Assembly (NCBI GenBank): GCA_938074435.1
Contig: CALJEH010000065.1
Location: 1-36,438, forward strand
DNA length: 36,438 nt
DNA from: an uncultured Alphaproteobacteria bacterium
GTDB lineage: Bacteria; Pseudomonadota; Alphaproteobacteria; Rhizobiales; TMED25
Reading direction: 5' to 3'
The notes below the pieces were generated by a model. It did not search any database. It was given only the letters and a program-made list of their open reading frames with translations, and was not told where the DNA came from. Position numbers and translations under genes: made by a program. Shown piece by piece: positions 16,744 to 26,175 of the stretch. Numbering within the stretch: position 1 is the stretch's first letter; each line of letters opens with the position of its first letter.

Positions 16744-18050
16744 CTCTGATTTCGATTTTTTCTATCCAACCTTCTTCTTAATGAATTCGCATGTGAAATG
16801 AGTCCTTCATGCTCTGCAATAATAATTGCACTTGGTGCTAATTCATTTAGTGTTTCCTCTGAACATTCTATTATTGATGTTTTTTTCATGAAATTCTGAA
16901 CTGAAAGACCGGATGAGAAACGTGCTGATTGTAGCGTTGGCAAAACATGATTTGTTCCAACAACGTAATCGCCTAATGCTTCTGGTGTGTATTTTCCAAT
17001 AAATATTGCTCCGGCGTTCTTTATGTTAGGAATTAGATCTGATGCATAATCAGTACATAATTCTAGATGCTCTGGTGCTAAATAATTAATTAATTCTGAA
17101 ATATCAGTATTGCTTCTGCAAACAATTATACTCCCATATTGATTCCAACTTTTTTTAAGTGTTGAGTTATCATCAAAATGACTTAGCCTATTTTTAATTT
17201 CATCAATAATTTTTGAAGCAAATTTGATGTCTTTCGTTATCAATATTGATTGTGCATTATCATCATGTTCGGCCTGAGCAAAGAGATCTTCTACTACCCA
17301 ATCAAGCTCCATATCCTCTTCAGCAACTACAACAACCTCTGAAGGACCTGCAACCATATCAATCCCAACATCACCGAATACCTGTTTCTTAGCTCCAGCA
17401 ACATAACTATTACCTGGACCAACAATCATATCAACTTTCTGAATAAAAGAGGTCCCATATGCAAGAGCAGCTATTGCTTGAGCTCCTCCAATACGATAAA
17501 TTTCTTTTATTCCACATATATGTGCTGCAGCTAATATAGGTTCATTGATAGTCCCATTAATTGATGGTGTAACCATTGCAATTCTGTCAACACCTGCAAC
17601 TATTGCTGGAATAGCGTTCATCAATACAGAGCTTGGATATATTGCTTTCCCACCTGGAACATATAAACCGACTGACTGAATTGGTGTCCATTTCAAATCA
17701 ATCTTTGTATCTACATTATCCTTATATTTAATATCCGTAGGTTTGAGTTTTTTGTGATAATTGAAAATCCTTTTATAAGCAAAATCGAGTGAGTTTCTAA
17801 GATCAGAACTTATATTTTTGTAACTATCCTCTATCATTTTGTTTGGGATTAGCAGATCATTTTGGTTTAGCTTATTTTTATCAAATTTGTTTGTAAATTC
17901 AATTAGTGCTGCGTCACCATTTTCTTTTACTGAATTAATTATATTATTAACGTCTTTTACGACATCATTAAAATTCGATTGTCTTTTTTTATTTAACTCA
18001 AAAAATTGCTCCATTGAGTCTTTGTCGTCATAATGGTAAATTTTATTCAT
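16740..18050 (-). CDS. hisD: Histidinol dehydrogenase
   Basis: GLYVPGG, GGAQAIAALAYG, IDMVAGPSE, AQAEHD, APEHLEL, NHVLPT. Confidence 0.98.
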   Translation of the reverse strand: MNKIYHYDDKDSMEQFFELNKKRQSNFNDVVKDVNNIINSVKENGDAALIEFTNKFDKNKLNQNDLLIPNKMIEDSYKNISSDLRNSLDFAYKRIFNYHKKLKPTDIKYKDNVDTKIDLKWTPIQSVGLYVPGGKAIYPSSVLMNAIPAIVAGVDRIAMVTPSINGTINEPILAAAHICGIKEIYRIGGAQAIAALAYGTSFIQKVDMIVGPGNSYVAGAKKQVFGDVGIDMVAGPSEVVVVAEEDMELDWVVEDLFAQAEHDDNAQSILITKDIKFASKIIDEIKNRLSHFDDNSTLKKSWNQYGSIIVCRSNTDISELINYLAPEHLELCTDYASDLIPNIKNAGAIFIGKYTPEALGDYVVGTNHVLPTLQSARFSSGLSVQNFMKKTSIIECSEETLNELAPSAIIIAEHEGLISHANSLRRRLDRKNRNQR

Positions 18051-18062
18051 TTTATTTCTTAT

Positions 18063-19358
18063 CTATACTATTCTCTCAATAATTGCACCGCAATTGGATA
18101 ATTTTTTTTCAAGTGAGTCAAAACCCCTATCAAGATGATAAACTCTATCTATGACAGTCTCTCCTATTGCTGTTAATCCAGCAATAACCAGCGAAACAGA
18201 TGCCCTTAAATCAGTTGCCATAACTTGTGCACCAATAAGGGTCGACTTACCGCTAATTATCGCTTTATCACCATCTAATATAATATTCGCTCCCATTCTA
18301 ACTAATTCTTGCACATGCATAAATCTATTTTCAAAAATTTTTTCATTTATTATTGATACCCCCTTAGCTTGTGTGAGTAGTGCCATAAATTGTGCCTGTA
18401 AATCGGTTGGAAATCCTGGGTATGGTTGTGTTGTAATTTCAATCGGAGATAATTCCTTATTTTTATTTTCAACTAAAATACCCTCACCTGTTTTTCTTAC
18501 ATTACATCCAATTTCTTGAAGTAATCTCAGTGGTAATTCAAGTGTTTCATCATCACAATTATTGAGTGTAACTCTACCTCCTGTTGCACAACAAGCTATT
18601 GCATAAGTTCCGGCTTCAATTCTATCTGCCATAATTTTATGATTTGCACCGCCTAATCTTTCTTGACCTTGAATAAATATAGTGTTGTTACCTGATACCT
18701 GAATATTTGCCCCCATTTTATTAAGGAAAATAATTAAATCTTTTGTTTCTGGTTCCATAGAGGCATTTGATATTGTTGTCTCACCTCGAGCCAAGCATGC
18801 TGCCATCATTAAATTTTGAGTTGCTCCAACTGACTGTTTTTTTAAATTAATATTTGCACCTGTAAGCCCATTTCTTGCACGAGCAATTACATAGCCCTTT
18901 TCTATTTCTATTTCTGCTCCTAATTTTTTAAGCCCATCCAGGTGGATATCAACCGGTCTTGTTCCGATGGCACATCCACCAGGCATTGAAACCTTTGCAA
19001 ATTTCTCTCTTGCCAGTAAAGGACCTAAGACAAGAAAACTAGCCCTCATCTTTGATACATTTTCATAATCAGCATTCAAGCTTAAAAATTCTTGTAATTT
19101 TATACGTGTTCTTGATCCATTAGTATTATTTTGGTTAATCGAAGCTTGAGAATTTTCACCTCGTTCAATAACTGCTCCTAAATTACTCAGTATTAATTCT
19201 AGTCTACTAATATCACTTAAATTTGGAAGATTATCCAGGATCAGTTCTTGATCCGTCAAGATACTCGCTATCATAATCGGTAGTGATGCATTTTTTGAAC
19301 CAGAGATTTGAATAGATCCTTCTAATGGTGTCCCACCAATAATACGAATTTTAACCAT
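18063..19358 (-). CDS. murA: UDP-N-acetylglucosamine 1-carboxyvinyltransferase
   Basis: GSKNASLP, MRASFLVLGPL, PGGCAIGTRP (catalytic Cys), FPTDLQAQ, DLRA; ATG 19358 (MVKIRIIGG). Confidence 0.98.
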   Translation of the reverse strand: MVKIRIIGGTPLEGSIQISGSKNASLPIMIASILTDQELILDNLPNLSDISRLELILSNLGAVIERGENSQASINQNNTNGSRTRIKLQEFLSLNADYENVSKMRASFLVLGPLLAREKFAKVSMPGGCAIGTRPVDIHLDGLKKLGAEIEIEKGYVIARARNGLTGANINLKKQSVGATQNLMMAACLARGETTISNASMEPETKDLIIFLNKMGANIQVSGNNTIFIQGQERLGGANHKIMADRIEAGTYAIACCATGGRVTLNNCDDETLELPLRLLQEIGCNVRKTGEGILVENKNKELSPIEITTQPYPGFPTDLQAQFMALLTQAKGVSIINEKIFENRFMHVQELVRMGANIILDGDKAIISGKSTLIGAQVMATDLRASVSLVIAGLTAIGETVIDRVYHLDRGFDSLEKKLSNCGAIIERIV

Positions 19359-19482
19359 CTTTTTTATCACTCGACTTCTGATTTTTTTCTTTCAGCATAT
19401 TTGCTTGAGCTTTTCTTTTCTTAAGATTTTCTTTTAACGCCCTAGCTAATTTTTGATTGTCTTTTTTTTTCAATTTTGCCAT
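19351..19482 (-). CDS. Small basic protein (43 aa) upstream of murA, absent from the ORF track
   Basis: Hand translation MAKLKKKDNQKLARALKENLKKRKAQANMLKEKNQKSSDKKDG*; its stop overlaps the murA ATG (ATGGTTAA). Confidence 0.75.
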   Translation of the reverse strand: MAKLKKKDNQKLARALKENLKKRKAQANMLKEKNQKSSDKKDG

Positions 19483-19503
19483 ATTGTCGAATAACTAGTG
19501 TTT

Positions 19504-19531
19504 TTGACAAACTATTTTGCCAATATAATAT
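19504..19531 (+). promoter_or_regulatory. Promoter of tRNA-Thr
   Basis: TTGACA 19504-19509, 16 nt, TAATAT 19526-19531, just upstream of the tRNA. Confidence 0.5.
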
Positions 19532-19534
19532 TAA

Positions 19535-19609
19535 GCCGCAGTAGCTCAGTGGTAGAGCGCACCCTTGGTAAGGGTGAGGTCGAGTGTTCAATCCACTCCT
19601 GCGGCACCA
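19535..19609 (+). tRNA. tRNA-Thr (GGT)
   Basis: GCCGCAG acceptor stem, anticodon arm CACCC-TTGGTAA-GGGTG, T arm GAGTG-TTCAATC-CACTC, CCA end; 75 nt. Confidence 0.97.
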
Positions 19610-19674
19610 TTTGTTCAATATATATAGAAAAAGAATATATTGAAAATCCTTTATTAGTTATTTACTCTATATAA

Positions 19675-20139
19675 ATGAAAAAAAAACTTCTAATTGTGTC
19701 AAATCTCCCATCAAAAAATACTAAAATTTTATTAGACGAAGTTGAGACAGGCGCAAAATCAATAAATGCAAAAGATCTTGAAATTGTTGCACATAATGCC
19801 ATAAATGTCGATTACGAGTTAATATCTGAATCTTCTGCAATAATAATAGGTACAACAGAAAACCTTGGGTACATGAGTGGAATAATCAAGGATTTTTTTG
19901 ATAGAAACTACTATAAGTGCCTGGATAAAACGAATGGACTTCCCCATGCAATTTATATTCGAGCAGGTCATGATGGGACCGGTTCTGAAATTAACCTAAA
20001 AAAAATTATTACAGGATTGAAGTGGAAAGAAATTCAAAAACCACTTATATTAAAAGGTGTTTGGAGAAATGATTTTAAGAAAGAATGTTTTAATCTTGGG
20101 GCAACCATTGCCGCAGGACTGGATGCTAATATTTACTAA
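19675..20139 (+). CDS. Flavodoxin-fold protein (WrbA/FMN reductase-like)
   Basis: 'IIGTTENLGYMSGIIKDFFDR', 'IRAGHDGTG', C-terminal 'LGATIAAGL'. Confidence 0.85.
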   Translation: MKKKLLIVSNLPSKNTKILLDEVETGAKSINAKDLEIVAHNAINVDYELISESSAIIIGTTENLGYMSGIIKDFFDRNYYKCLDKTNGLPHAIYIRAGHDGTGSEINLKKIITGLKWKEIQKPLILKGVWRNDFKKECFNLGATIAAGLDANIY

Positions 20140-20159
20140 ATCTATTTTATAGGCTGGAT

Positions 20160-21515
20160 ATGTTTACAAAAGTTAAAAAAAATTCCATAGAGATCAATAT
20201 CTTAAATAGCCATGATTTATCTAATTTCTTGAATAATCACAAAGAACACCAGAATTGGATCCATGAAAACGATTTTAAGGCATCTCCAGGGCAATTTCTG
20301 ATTATTCCATCAAGTGATGGACAGATTGAAAAGATACTTGTAGGAAGAAGTGACTCAAATGATGTTTATCGTGATTTTTTTTGTTATAAATTATCTAAGT
20401 GTTTACCCAATAAAAGCTACCATTTCTCCAACCTAGAAGAAGGTTCGACTCTTCCTTATCTTAGCTGGGCACTTGGTTTCTATAGCTACAATTCATCACA
20501 AAAAAATAATTCTAAATTATACCTACCAGAAAAAATTTCAAAGGAAGTACAAAATCTAGTTAAAAGTATTTTCTTCACAATGGATTTAATTAACCATCCT
20601 GCTAATGTATTAACTACAGAAAACTTTGCAAAAACTATTAGAGAATATTTTGATGATTTGGGTTGTAAAGTACATGAGATTTCTGGTAAGGAACTTATTA
20701 AAAAAAATCTTCCATTAATTTACGAAGTTGGTAAAGCAAGTGACCACCCACCGCGTCTGATTGATATCCAATGGGGCAAAAAAAATAGTAAAAAGATAAC
20801 ATTGATAGGTAAAGGTGTAACTTTTGATACTGGTGGGTTAGATATAAAGCCATCATCTGGTATGTTATTGATGAAAAAGGATATGGGTGGTGCTGCAAAT
20901 ATTTTAGGACTTGCAAGTATGCTTATTCTCAATAAAGTTGATATAAATCTCAGAGTTCTAATACCTATTGTGGAGAACTCCATTTCAGGTAACTCTTTCA
21001 GACCAGGTGATATTTTAAAATCTCGTAATGGAACAACAGTTGAAATTGGGAACACTGATGCTGAAGGTAGATTAATACTTGCTGACTCTTTGACATTAGC
21101 CGATGAAGAAAATCCTGAAATAATCATTGATATGGCAACATTAACAGGAGCTGCTAGAGTAGCTATGGGTCCTGAGATAGTTCCTTTCTTCTCAACAAAC
21201 AAACAAATTGCAGCTACTTTACAAGATCTATCATTTAAGGTTCAAGATCCTGTCTGGCAAATGCCATTTTTTGAGCCCTATGGCAAATGGCTTAATAATG
21301 ATATATCTGATATAAATAATTCACCAAATACTCCATTTGCAGGATCTATAGTTGCAGCAGAATTCTTAAAAAAGTTTATCAAAAATACAGAAACTTATCT
21401 CCATTTTGATGTTTATTCATGGAATAATGGGACAAATTCTAATATTCCAAAAGGTGGGGCAGCACAAGGTATTAGGGCTATTTATCAATTATTAGTCGAT
21501 CATATTAAAAATTAA
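20160..21515 (+). CDS. Leucyl aminopeptidase (M17 family)
   Basis: GKGVTFDTGG, MKKDMGGAA, NTDAEGRLIL, DMATLTGA. Confidence 0.96.
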   Translation: MFTKVKKNSIEINILNSHDLSNFLNNHKEHQNWIHENDFKASPGQFLIIPSSDGQIEKILVGRSDSNDVYRDFFCYKLSKCLPNKSYHFSNLEEGSTLPYLSWALGFYSYNSSQKNNSKLYLPEKISKEVQNLVKSIFFTMDLINHPANVLTTENFAKTIREYFDDLGCKVHEISGKELIKKNLPLIYEVGKASDHPPRLIDIQWGKKNSKKITLIGKGVTFDTGGLDIKPSSGMLLMKKDMGGAANILGLASMLILNKVDINLRVLIPIVENSISGNSFRPGDILKSRNGTTVEIGNTDAEGRLILADSLTLADEENPEIIIDMATLTGAARVAMGPEIVPFFSTNKQIAATLQDLSFKVQDPVWQMPFFEPYGKWLNNDISDINNSPNTPFAGSIVAAEFLKKFIKNTETYLHFDVYSWNNGTNSNIPKGGAAQGIRAIYQLLVDHIKN

Positions 21516-21525
21516 TAACATATTG

Positions 21526-22366
21526 GTGCAATATTAATATTTATCACCTTATTCATAATTTAATTGATATCAAAAAAGAGCCAAGCTTCCTATCTGAGAC
21601 AGTTTCTGAGGCAATCTATGGTGAATTTTTTCAAGTTGAAGAAGACTTGGAAAATTGGGTTTTTGGTAGGTTACTTACAGATAATTACTCCGGTTATCTA
21701 CCAAGAAGTGCTCTACGTAAAGACGAAATTAACCTCAATGCCACTCGATTGTATATTAATTCTAATTGCGCAAGCATATATTCAGAGCCGGATCCAAAGT
21801 CCCCAATAATAAACACTTTATTCAGAAATTCGCGTATTATAAAAAAAACAAACAACTTGAATGGGTTTTTTGAGGTCGATTCTGGAATTGGATACATAAA
21901 TGAAGCTCATGTATCTCTTTCAAAAAAAATGACTATAGCAGATGATTTTGTAAAAATAGCATCCTCATATATTGGAACACCTTATAAATGGGGTGGCAGA
22001 ACTATTCTTGGAGTAGATTGTTCTGGATTAATACAAACTTCTCTGCATTCTCTTGGTATTAAATGCCCTAGGGATACTAAGGATCAAATAGAAGTACTTG
22101 GTAGTCAAATTGAGATGGCTCCGGATTATAAAGATCTTAAAAATGGTGACATAATTTTCTGGGAGGGGCATGTTGGAATTTATATTAAACCCAACAAAAT
22201 TTTGCATAGTAATATGACCACAATGGACACAAGAATTGAAAATTTTAATAAAGTAAAAAGAAATCTCGAGAAAGTTAACAAGATAATAATCTCTACTAAA
22301 AGGATTGATGAAAAAATAAGAACATTTCAGTCAAGTAAAGCGGAGGATATTAATTTCTTTGTATAA
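21526..22366 (+). CDS. NlpC/P60 (C40) peptidase with SH3-like N-terminus; 5' end anomalous
   Basis: PYKWGG, DCSG, HVG catalytic motifs. The frame is open from 21509 and encodes IDIKKEPSFLSETVSEAIYGEFFQV upstream of the first canonical start (TTG 21647). The start given here is the out-of-frame GTG 21526 and is tentative. Confidence 0.8.
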
Positions 22367-23916
22367 TCATTCTTTGGTCTATTGAAGATATTCTCTGTAT
22401 AATCAGACTCGATTATATTTCCAGAATTAATTACAAAGACTCTATCAGCTATGTACCTAATCACCCTTAAATCATGACTAATAAATAGGTATGCTGTGTT
22501 ATATTTCTCCTGTAAATTTATCAAAAGGTTTAGAATTTGAAGCTGAACTGTTGAGTCGAGAGAACTTGTTGGCTCATCTAAAATAAGTAGCTTAGGTCTT
22601 AAAATTATAGCTCTTGCAATTGCAATTCTCTGTCTTTGTCCTCCTGAGAATTCATGAGGATACCTGTTAATGTGCTGTATTGAGAGTCCTACATCTTTGA
22701 GTATTTCATAAGTCATATCTAATCTTTTACTAGAACTTAATTCTATCTTCTGTGAAATTAACCCCTCTTCAATTATTTGTCCTATTGTCATCCTAGGTGA
22801 TAATGAACCATAAGGATCTTGAAATACAATTTGGAGATCTTTTCTTTTTGAATTCAATTGAATGCGATTTAATTTTGAAAAATCTTGACCCATGAAAACA
22901 ATCTTTCCTTGACTCTTGATTAGTCTAAGTATTGATAATCCTATAGTTGTCTTGCCTGAACCTGACTCTCCCACAAGTCCAACTGTTTCACCCAAATTGA
23001 TTGAGAAATTAATATTCTTTAAGATCTCATTTGTTTGTGTCTTCATTAGAGGTTTTTTTTGTATATAATTTACAGATAAATTCTCTACCTTGAAAATCTC
23101 AAGCGATTTATTCATTTTTTTCTTTTTAAGCTGAAGTCTGCGCGCATTTACAAGTTGTTTTGTGTAAGATTTTTTTGGATTTTGGAATATACCCTCAACC
23201 TCACCACTTTCAACAACTTTTCCATCCTGCATAACATAAACAAAATCAGAAAAGTCTTTTACTATACCAAGATCATGTGTAATAAACAGAATTGCTAAGT
23301 TTAATTCATCCTGTAATGATTTTAATAAATTTAAAATTTCATATTGTATTGTTACATCTAATGCTGTTGTTGGTTCATCTGCAATTAATAGTTTAGGGTT
23401 ATTCGATAGTGCCATTGCTATCATAACTCTCTGCCTTTCTCCACCAGATAGTTGATGTGGATATCTAGCAAGTTTACTTTCGGGATCACTAATCATAACT
23501 TTTTTCATTAACTCAATTACTTTATTTCTTATTTCATTCTTATTAGCTAATTTATGAACTAACATTCCCTCACTTATCTGTTTTTCAACTGTATGAAGGG
23601 GATTTAGAGAACTTAATGGTTCTTGAAAGACCATTGAAATTTTGTTACCACGAATTTTATTAAGTTGATCTGATGGAATCTTAGTCAAATCTTTTTTATC
23701 AAATATTATCTGACTATTATTTTGTATTATTGATGAATTAGGGTTTAAACCAAGTATAGACAGTGCTGTCAGAGTCTTTCCAGAACCAGATTCCCCAACA
23801 ATTGCAATTGTCTTCCCTTCTGGTATATTAATCTCAACATCACTAATTTGAAAATCTGCTTCAGTTAAACCTTTAAACTTCATGTTAAAATTTTTTATTT
23901 CTAATAAATTTTTCAT
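22327..23916 (-). CDS. yejF: Peptide ABC transporter double-ATPase YejF
   Basis: Two GESGSGKT Walker A motifs, YPHQLSGGERQR and YPHEFSGGQRQR; last gene of the yej operon. Confidence 0.9.
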   Translation of the reverse strand: MKNLLEIKNFNMKFKGLTEADFQISDVEINIPEGKTIAIVGESGSGKTLTALSILGLNPNSSIIQNNSQIIFDKKDLTKIPSDQLNKIRGNKISMVFQEPLSSLNPLHTVEKQISEGMLVHKLANKNEIRNKVIELMKKVMISDPESKLARYPHQLSGGERQRVMIAMALSNNPKLLIADEPTTALDVTIQYEILNLLKSLQDELNLAILFITHDLGIVKDFSDFVYVMQDGKVVESGEVEGIFQNPKKSYTKQLVNARRLQLKKKKMNKSLEIFKVENLSVNYIQKKPLMKTQTNEILKNINFSINLGETVGLVGESGSGKTTIGLSILRLIKSQGKIVFMGQDFSKLNRIQLNSKRKDLQIVFQDPYGSLSPRMTIGQIIEEGLISQKIELSSSKRLDMTYEILKDVGLSIQHINRYPHEFSGGQRQRIAIARAIILRPKLLILDEPTSSLDSTVQLQILNLLINLQEKYNTAYLFISHDLRVIRYIADRVFVINSGNIIESDYTENIFNRPKNDYTKKLISSALLD

Positions 23917-23917
23917 C

Positions 23918-25030
23918 TCAGTCTACAAAAACCTTTCGTGGGTCAAATGCGTCCCTTACGCCTTCACCAATAAAGATTAGTAGACTGAGTAAAATAGCTA
24001 TCCCAAAAAAACTAGTCAAACCTAACCACGGAGCATGAATATTATTTTTTCCTTGTGCTAATAATTCTCCAAGAGATGCGGAACCTGGAGGCATTCCAAA
24101 TCCCAGAAAATCTAGAGAAGTAAGAGTGACAATTGATCCATTAAGTATAAATGGAAGAAAAGTTAAAGTTGCAACCATCGCATTTGGAAGCAAATGTTTA
24201 AACATAATCTTCATATTTGATACACCTAATGCGTGGGCAGCCAGTACATACTCAAAGTTTCGAGATCTTAAAAACTCTGCTCTAACAACTCCAACCAAGC
24301 TTACCCAAGAGAATAATAAAAGAATGAAAAGAAGTAACCAAAATGATGGGGTAATAACTGCTGAAATAATTATTAATAGATATAATGATGGTATGGAATT
24401 CCATATTTCAATGAATCTCTGAGTGATAAGATCCGTTAAGCCTCCAAAGAAACCTTGAATTGCTCCCATAAAAATACCAATAGCAGATGATAGAATAGTT
24501 AAAAGCAAACCAAATATTATAGATATACGAAAACCATATGCTAACCTCGCCAATACATCTCGTCCCTGATCATCAGTCCCCAACCAGTTCCAATTCCAAA
24601 TTGTGCATCTCCTATCATCAATCCCCAATGAATAATTTTGACATCGTGTTTCTTTGTCAAGTAAGAATGATGGTGGTGAGGGGGCAGGCACTGGTAATTC
24701 ATAATTTATTGTCTTATAATGATACCTTACTATAGGCCATATCATCCAACCATTTCTGATGATTTCGTCTGATATAAATGGATCCCTATAATCTGTTACA
24801 GCAAGAAAGCCTCCAAATTTTTCTTCAGGATAATCCACCACTGTAGGGAATAATAGTTCCCCTTTATAAAAGGCTAATATGGGTTTGTCGTTTATTAAAA
24901 ATTCAGAAATCAATGTAATAATAAACAAAACAAGAAAGAGCCTTAAAGATATGAATGCACGCTTGTTTTTTCTAAAATTTCCAATCCTCCTATATGTTAT
25001 AGGCGAAAGATTATTTTTAATACCAATCAT
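23918..25030 (-). CDS. yejE: Peptide ABC transporter permease YejE
   Basis: NWLGTDDQGRDVLAR, VVRAEFLR, HLLPNAMVATLT, GEGVRDAFDPRK. Confidence 0.92.
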   Translation of the reverse strand: MIGIKNNLSPITYRRIGNFRKNKRAFISLRLFLVLFIITLISEFLINDKPILAFYKGELLFPTVVDYPEEKFGGFLAVTDYRDPFISDEIIRNGWMIWPIVRYHYKTINYELPVPAPSPPSFLLDKETRCQNYSLGIDDRRCTIWNWNWLGTDDQGRDVLARLAYGFRISIIFGLLLTILSSAIGIFMGAIQGFFGGLTDLITQRFIEIWNSIPSLYLLIIISAVITPSFWLLLFILLLFSWVSLVGVVRAEFLRSRNFEYVLAAHALGVSNMKIMFKHLLPNAMVATLTFLPFILNGSIVTLTSLDFLGFGMPPGSASLGELLAQGKNNIHAPWLGLTSFFGIAILLSLLIFIGEGVRDAFDPRKVFVD

Positions 25031-25046
25031 AATTTACGACTAACCC

Positions 25047-26144
25047 TCATAATTCCCTTTTTTCAAAATCTATTCTTGGATCTATCCAATGGTATATTAA
25101 ATCAGATATAAGATTGATGATTAATCCAATGAAAGAAAATATATAAAGTGATGCAAATACAACTGCATAGTCTCTATTTACGATTGACTCAAAGCTTAAT
25201 AAACCAAGTCCATCAAGTGAGAATATTGTCTCAATTAAAAGTGATCCTGTAAAAAATGCAGAAATGAAAGCTGCAGGGAATCCAGAAACTATAATTAACA
25301 TCGCATTTCGAAAAACATGCCTTTTTAAAACTTGCTTCTCAGTAAGTCCCTTTGCTCTTGCAGTCAATACATACTGCTTTCCTATCTCATCAAGAAATGA
25401 ATTTTTTGTTAGTAAAGTTGTGGTTGCAAAAGCTGCCAAAACCATTGATAAAAGAGGTAATGTTATATGCCAGATATAATCAATAACTTTTCCAAGTATG
25501 CTAAGCTCATTAAAATTATCTGATGTTAGCCCCCTAAGAGGAAACCAATCAAAATAGCTTCCTCCAGCAAAAAATATAATTAAGAAAATAGCTACAAGAA
25601 AACCTGGCAATGCATAGCTTATGACTATTATTGTGGAAGTCCAGAGATCAAACTTGGTTCCATCCCTAATCGCTTTCATCATGCCGAGTGGAATTGAAAT
25701 TAAGTATGAAATTAGAGTCATCCAAAGCCCTAGTGATATAGAGACAGGAAGTTTTTCAATAATCAAATCAATTACCCTAATATCTCTGTAATAACTTTCA
25801 CCAAAATCGAATCTTATATAATTTGTGATCATTTGATAAAATCTTTCTAAAGGGGGTTTATCGAATCCAAATTGTTTCTCTAATTCTAATATAAATTCTG
25901 GATCTAATCCTTGGCTGCCTCTATACTTATTATTTATATCTGCGTTTTGTCCACTTTGTGTAAAATCACCATTGAAGCCACCCGAAACACGAGAAAGTGC
26001 AGAATTATCAGTACCATCAATTTGAGATATGATCCTCTCTATTGGACCACCAGGTGCAAATTGGATAATTAAGAAGCTTATTGCCATAATTCCCAATATA
26101 GTAGGTATAATTAGGAATAGTCTTCGGAGAGTATATACAAACAT
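25047..26144 (-). CDS. yejB: Peptide ABC transporter permease YejB
   Basis: QFAPGGPIE, FGFDKPPLER, TKNSFLDEI, DPRIDFE. Confidence 0.93.
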   Translation of the reverse strand: MFVYTLRRLFLIIPTILGIMAISFLIIQFAPGGPIERIISQIDGTDNSALSRVSGGFNGDFTQSGQNADINNKYRGSQGLDPEFILELEKQFGFDKPPLERFYQMITNYIRFDFGESYYRDIRVIDLIIEKLPVSISLGLWMTLISYLISIPLGMMKAIRDGTKFDLWTSTIIVISYALPGFLVAIFLIIFFAGGSYFDWFPLRGLTSDNFNELSILGKVIDYIWHITLPLLSMVLAAFATTTLLTKNSFLDEIGKQYVLTARAKGLTEKQVLKRHVFRNAMLIIVSGFPAAFISAFFTGSLLIETIFSLDGLGLLSFESIVNRDYAVVFASLYIFSFIGLIINLISDLIYHWIDPRIDFEKREL

Positions 26145-26175
26145 CTTATTTTATATTAGATAACGATGCGAATAG

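Noticed and set aside
21564-21809. 81-aa ORF as the missing NlpC N-terminus
   Set aside because: The SH3-like sequence is in the main NlpC frame; this frame has no such features.
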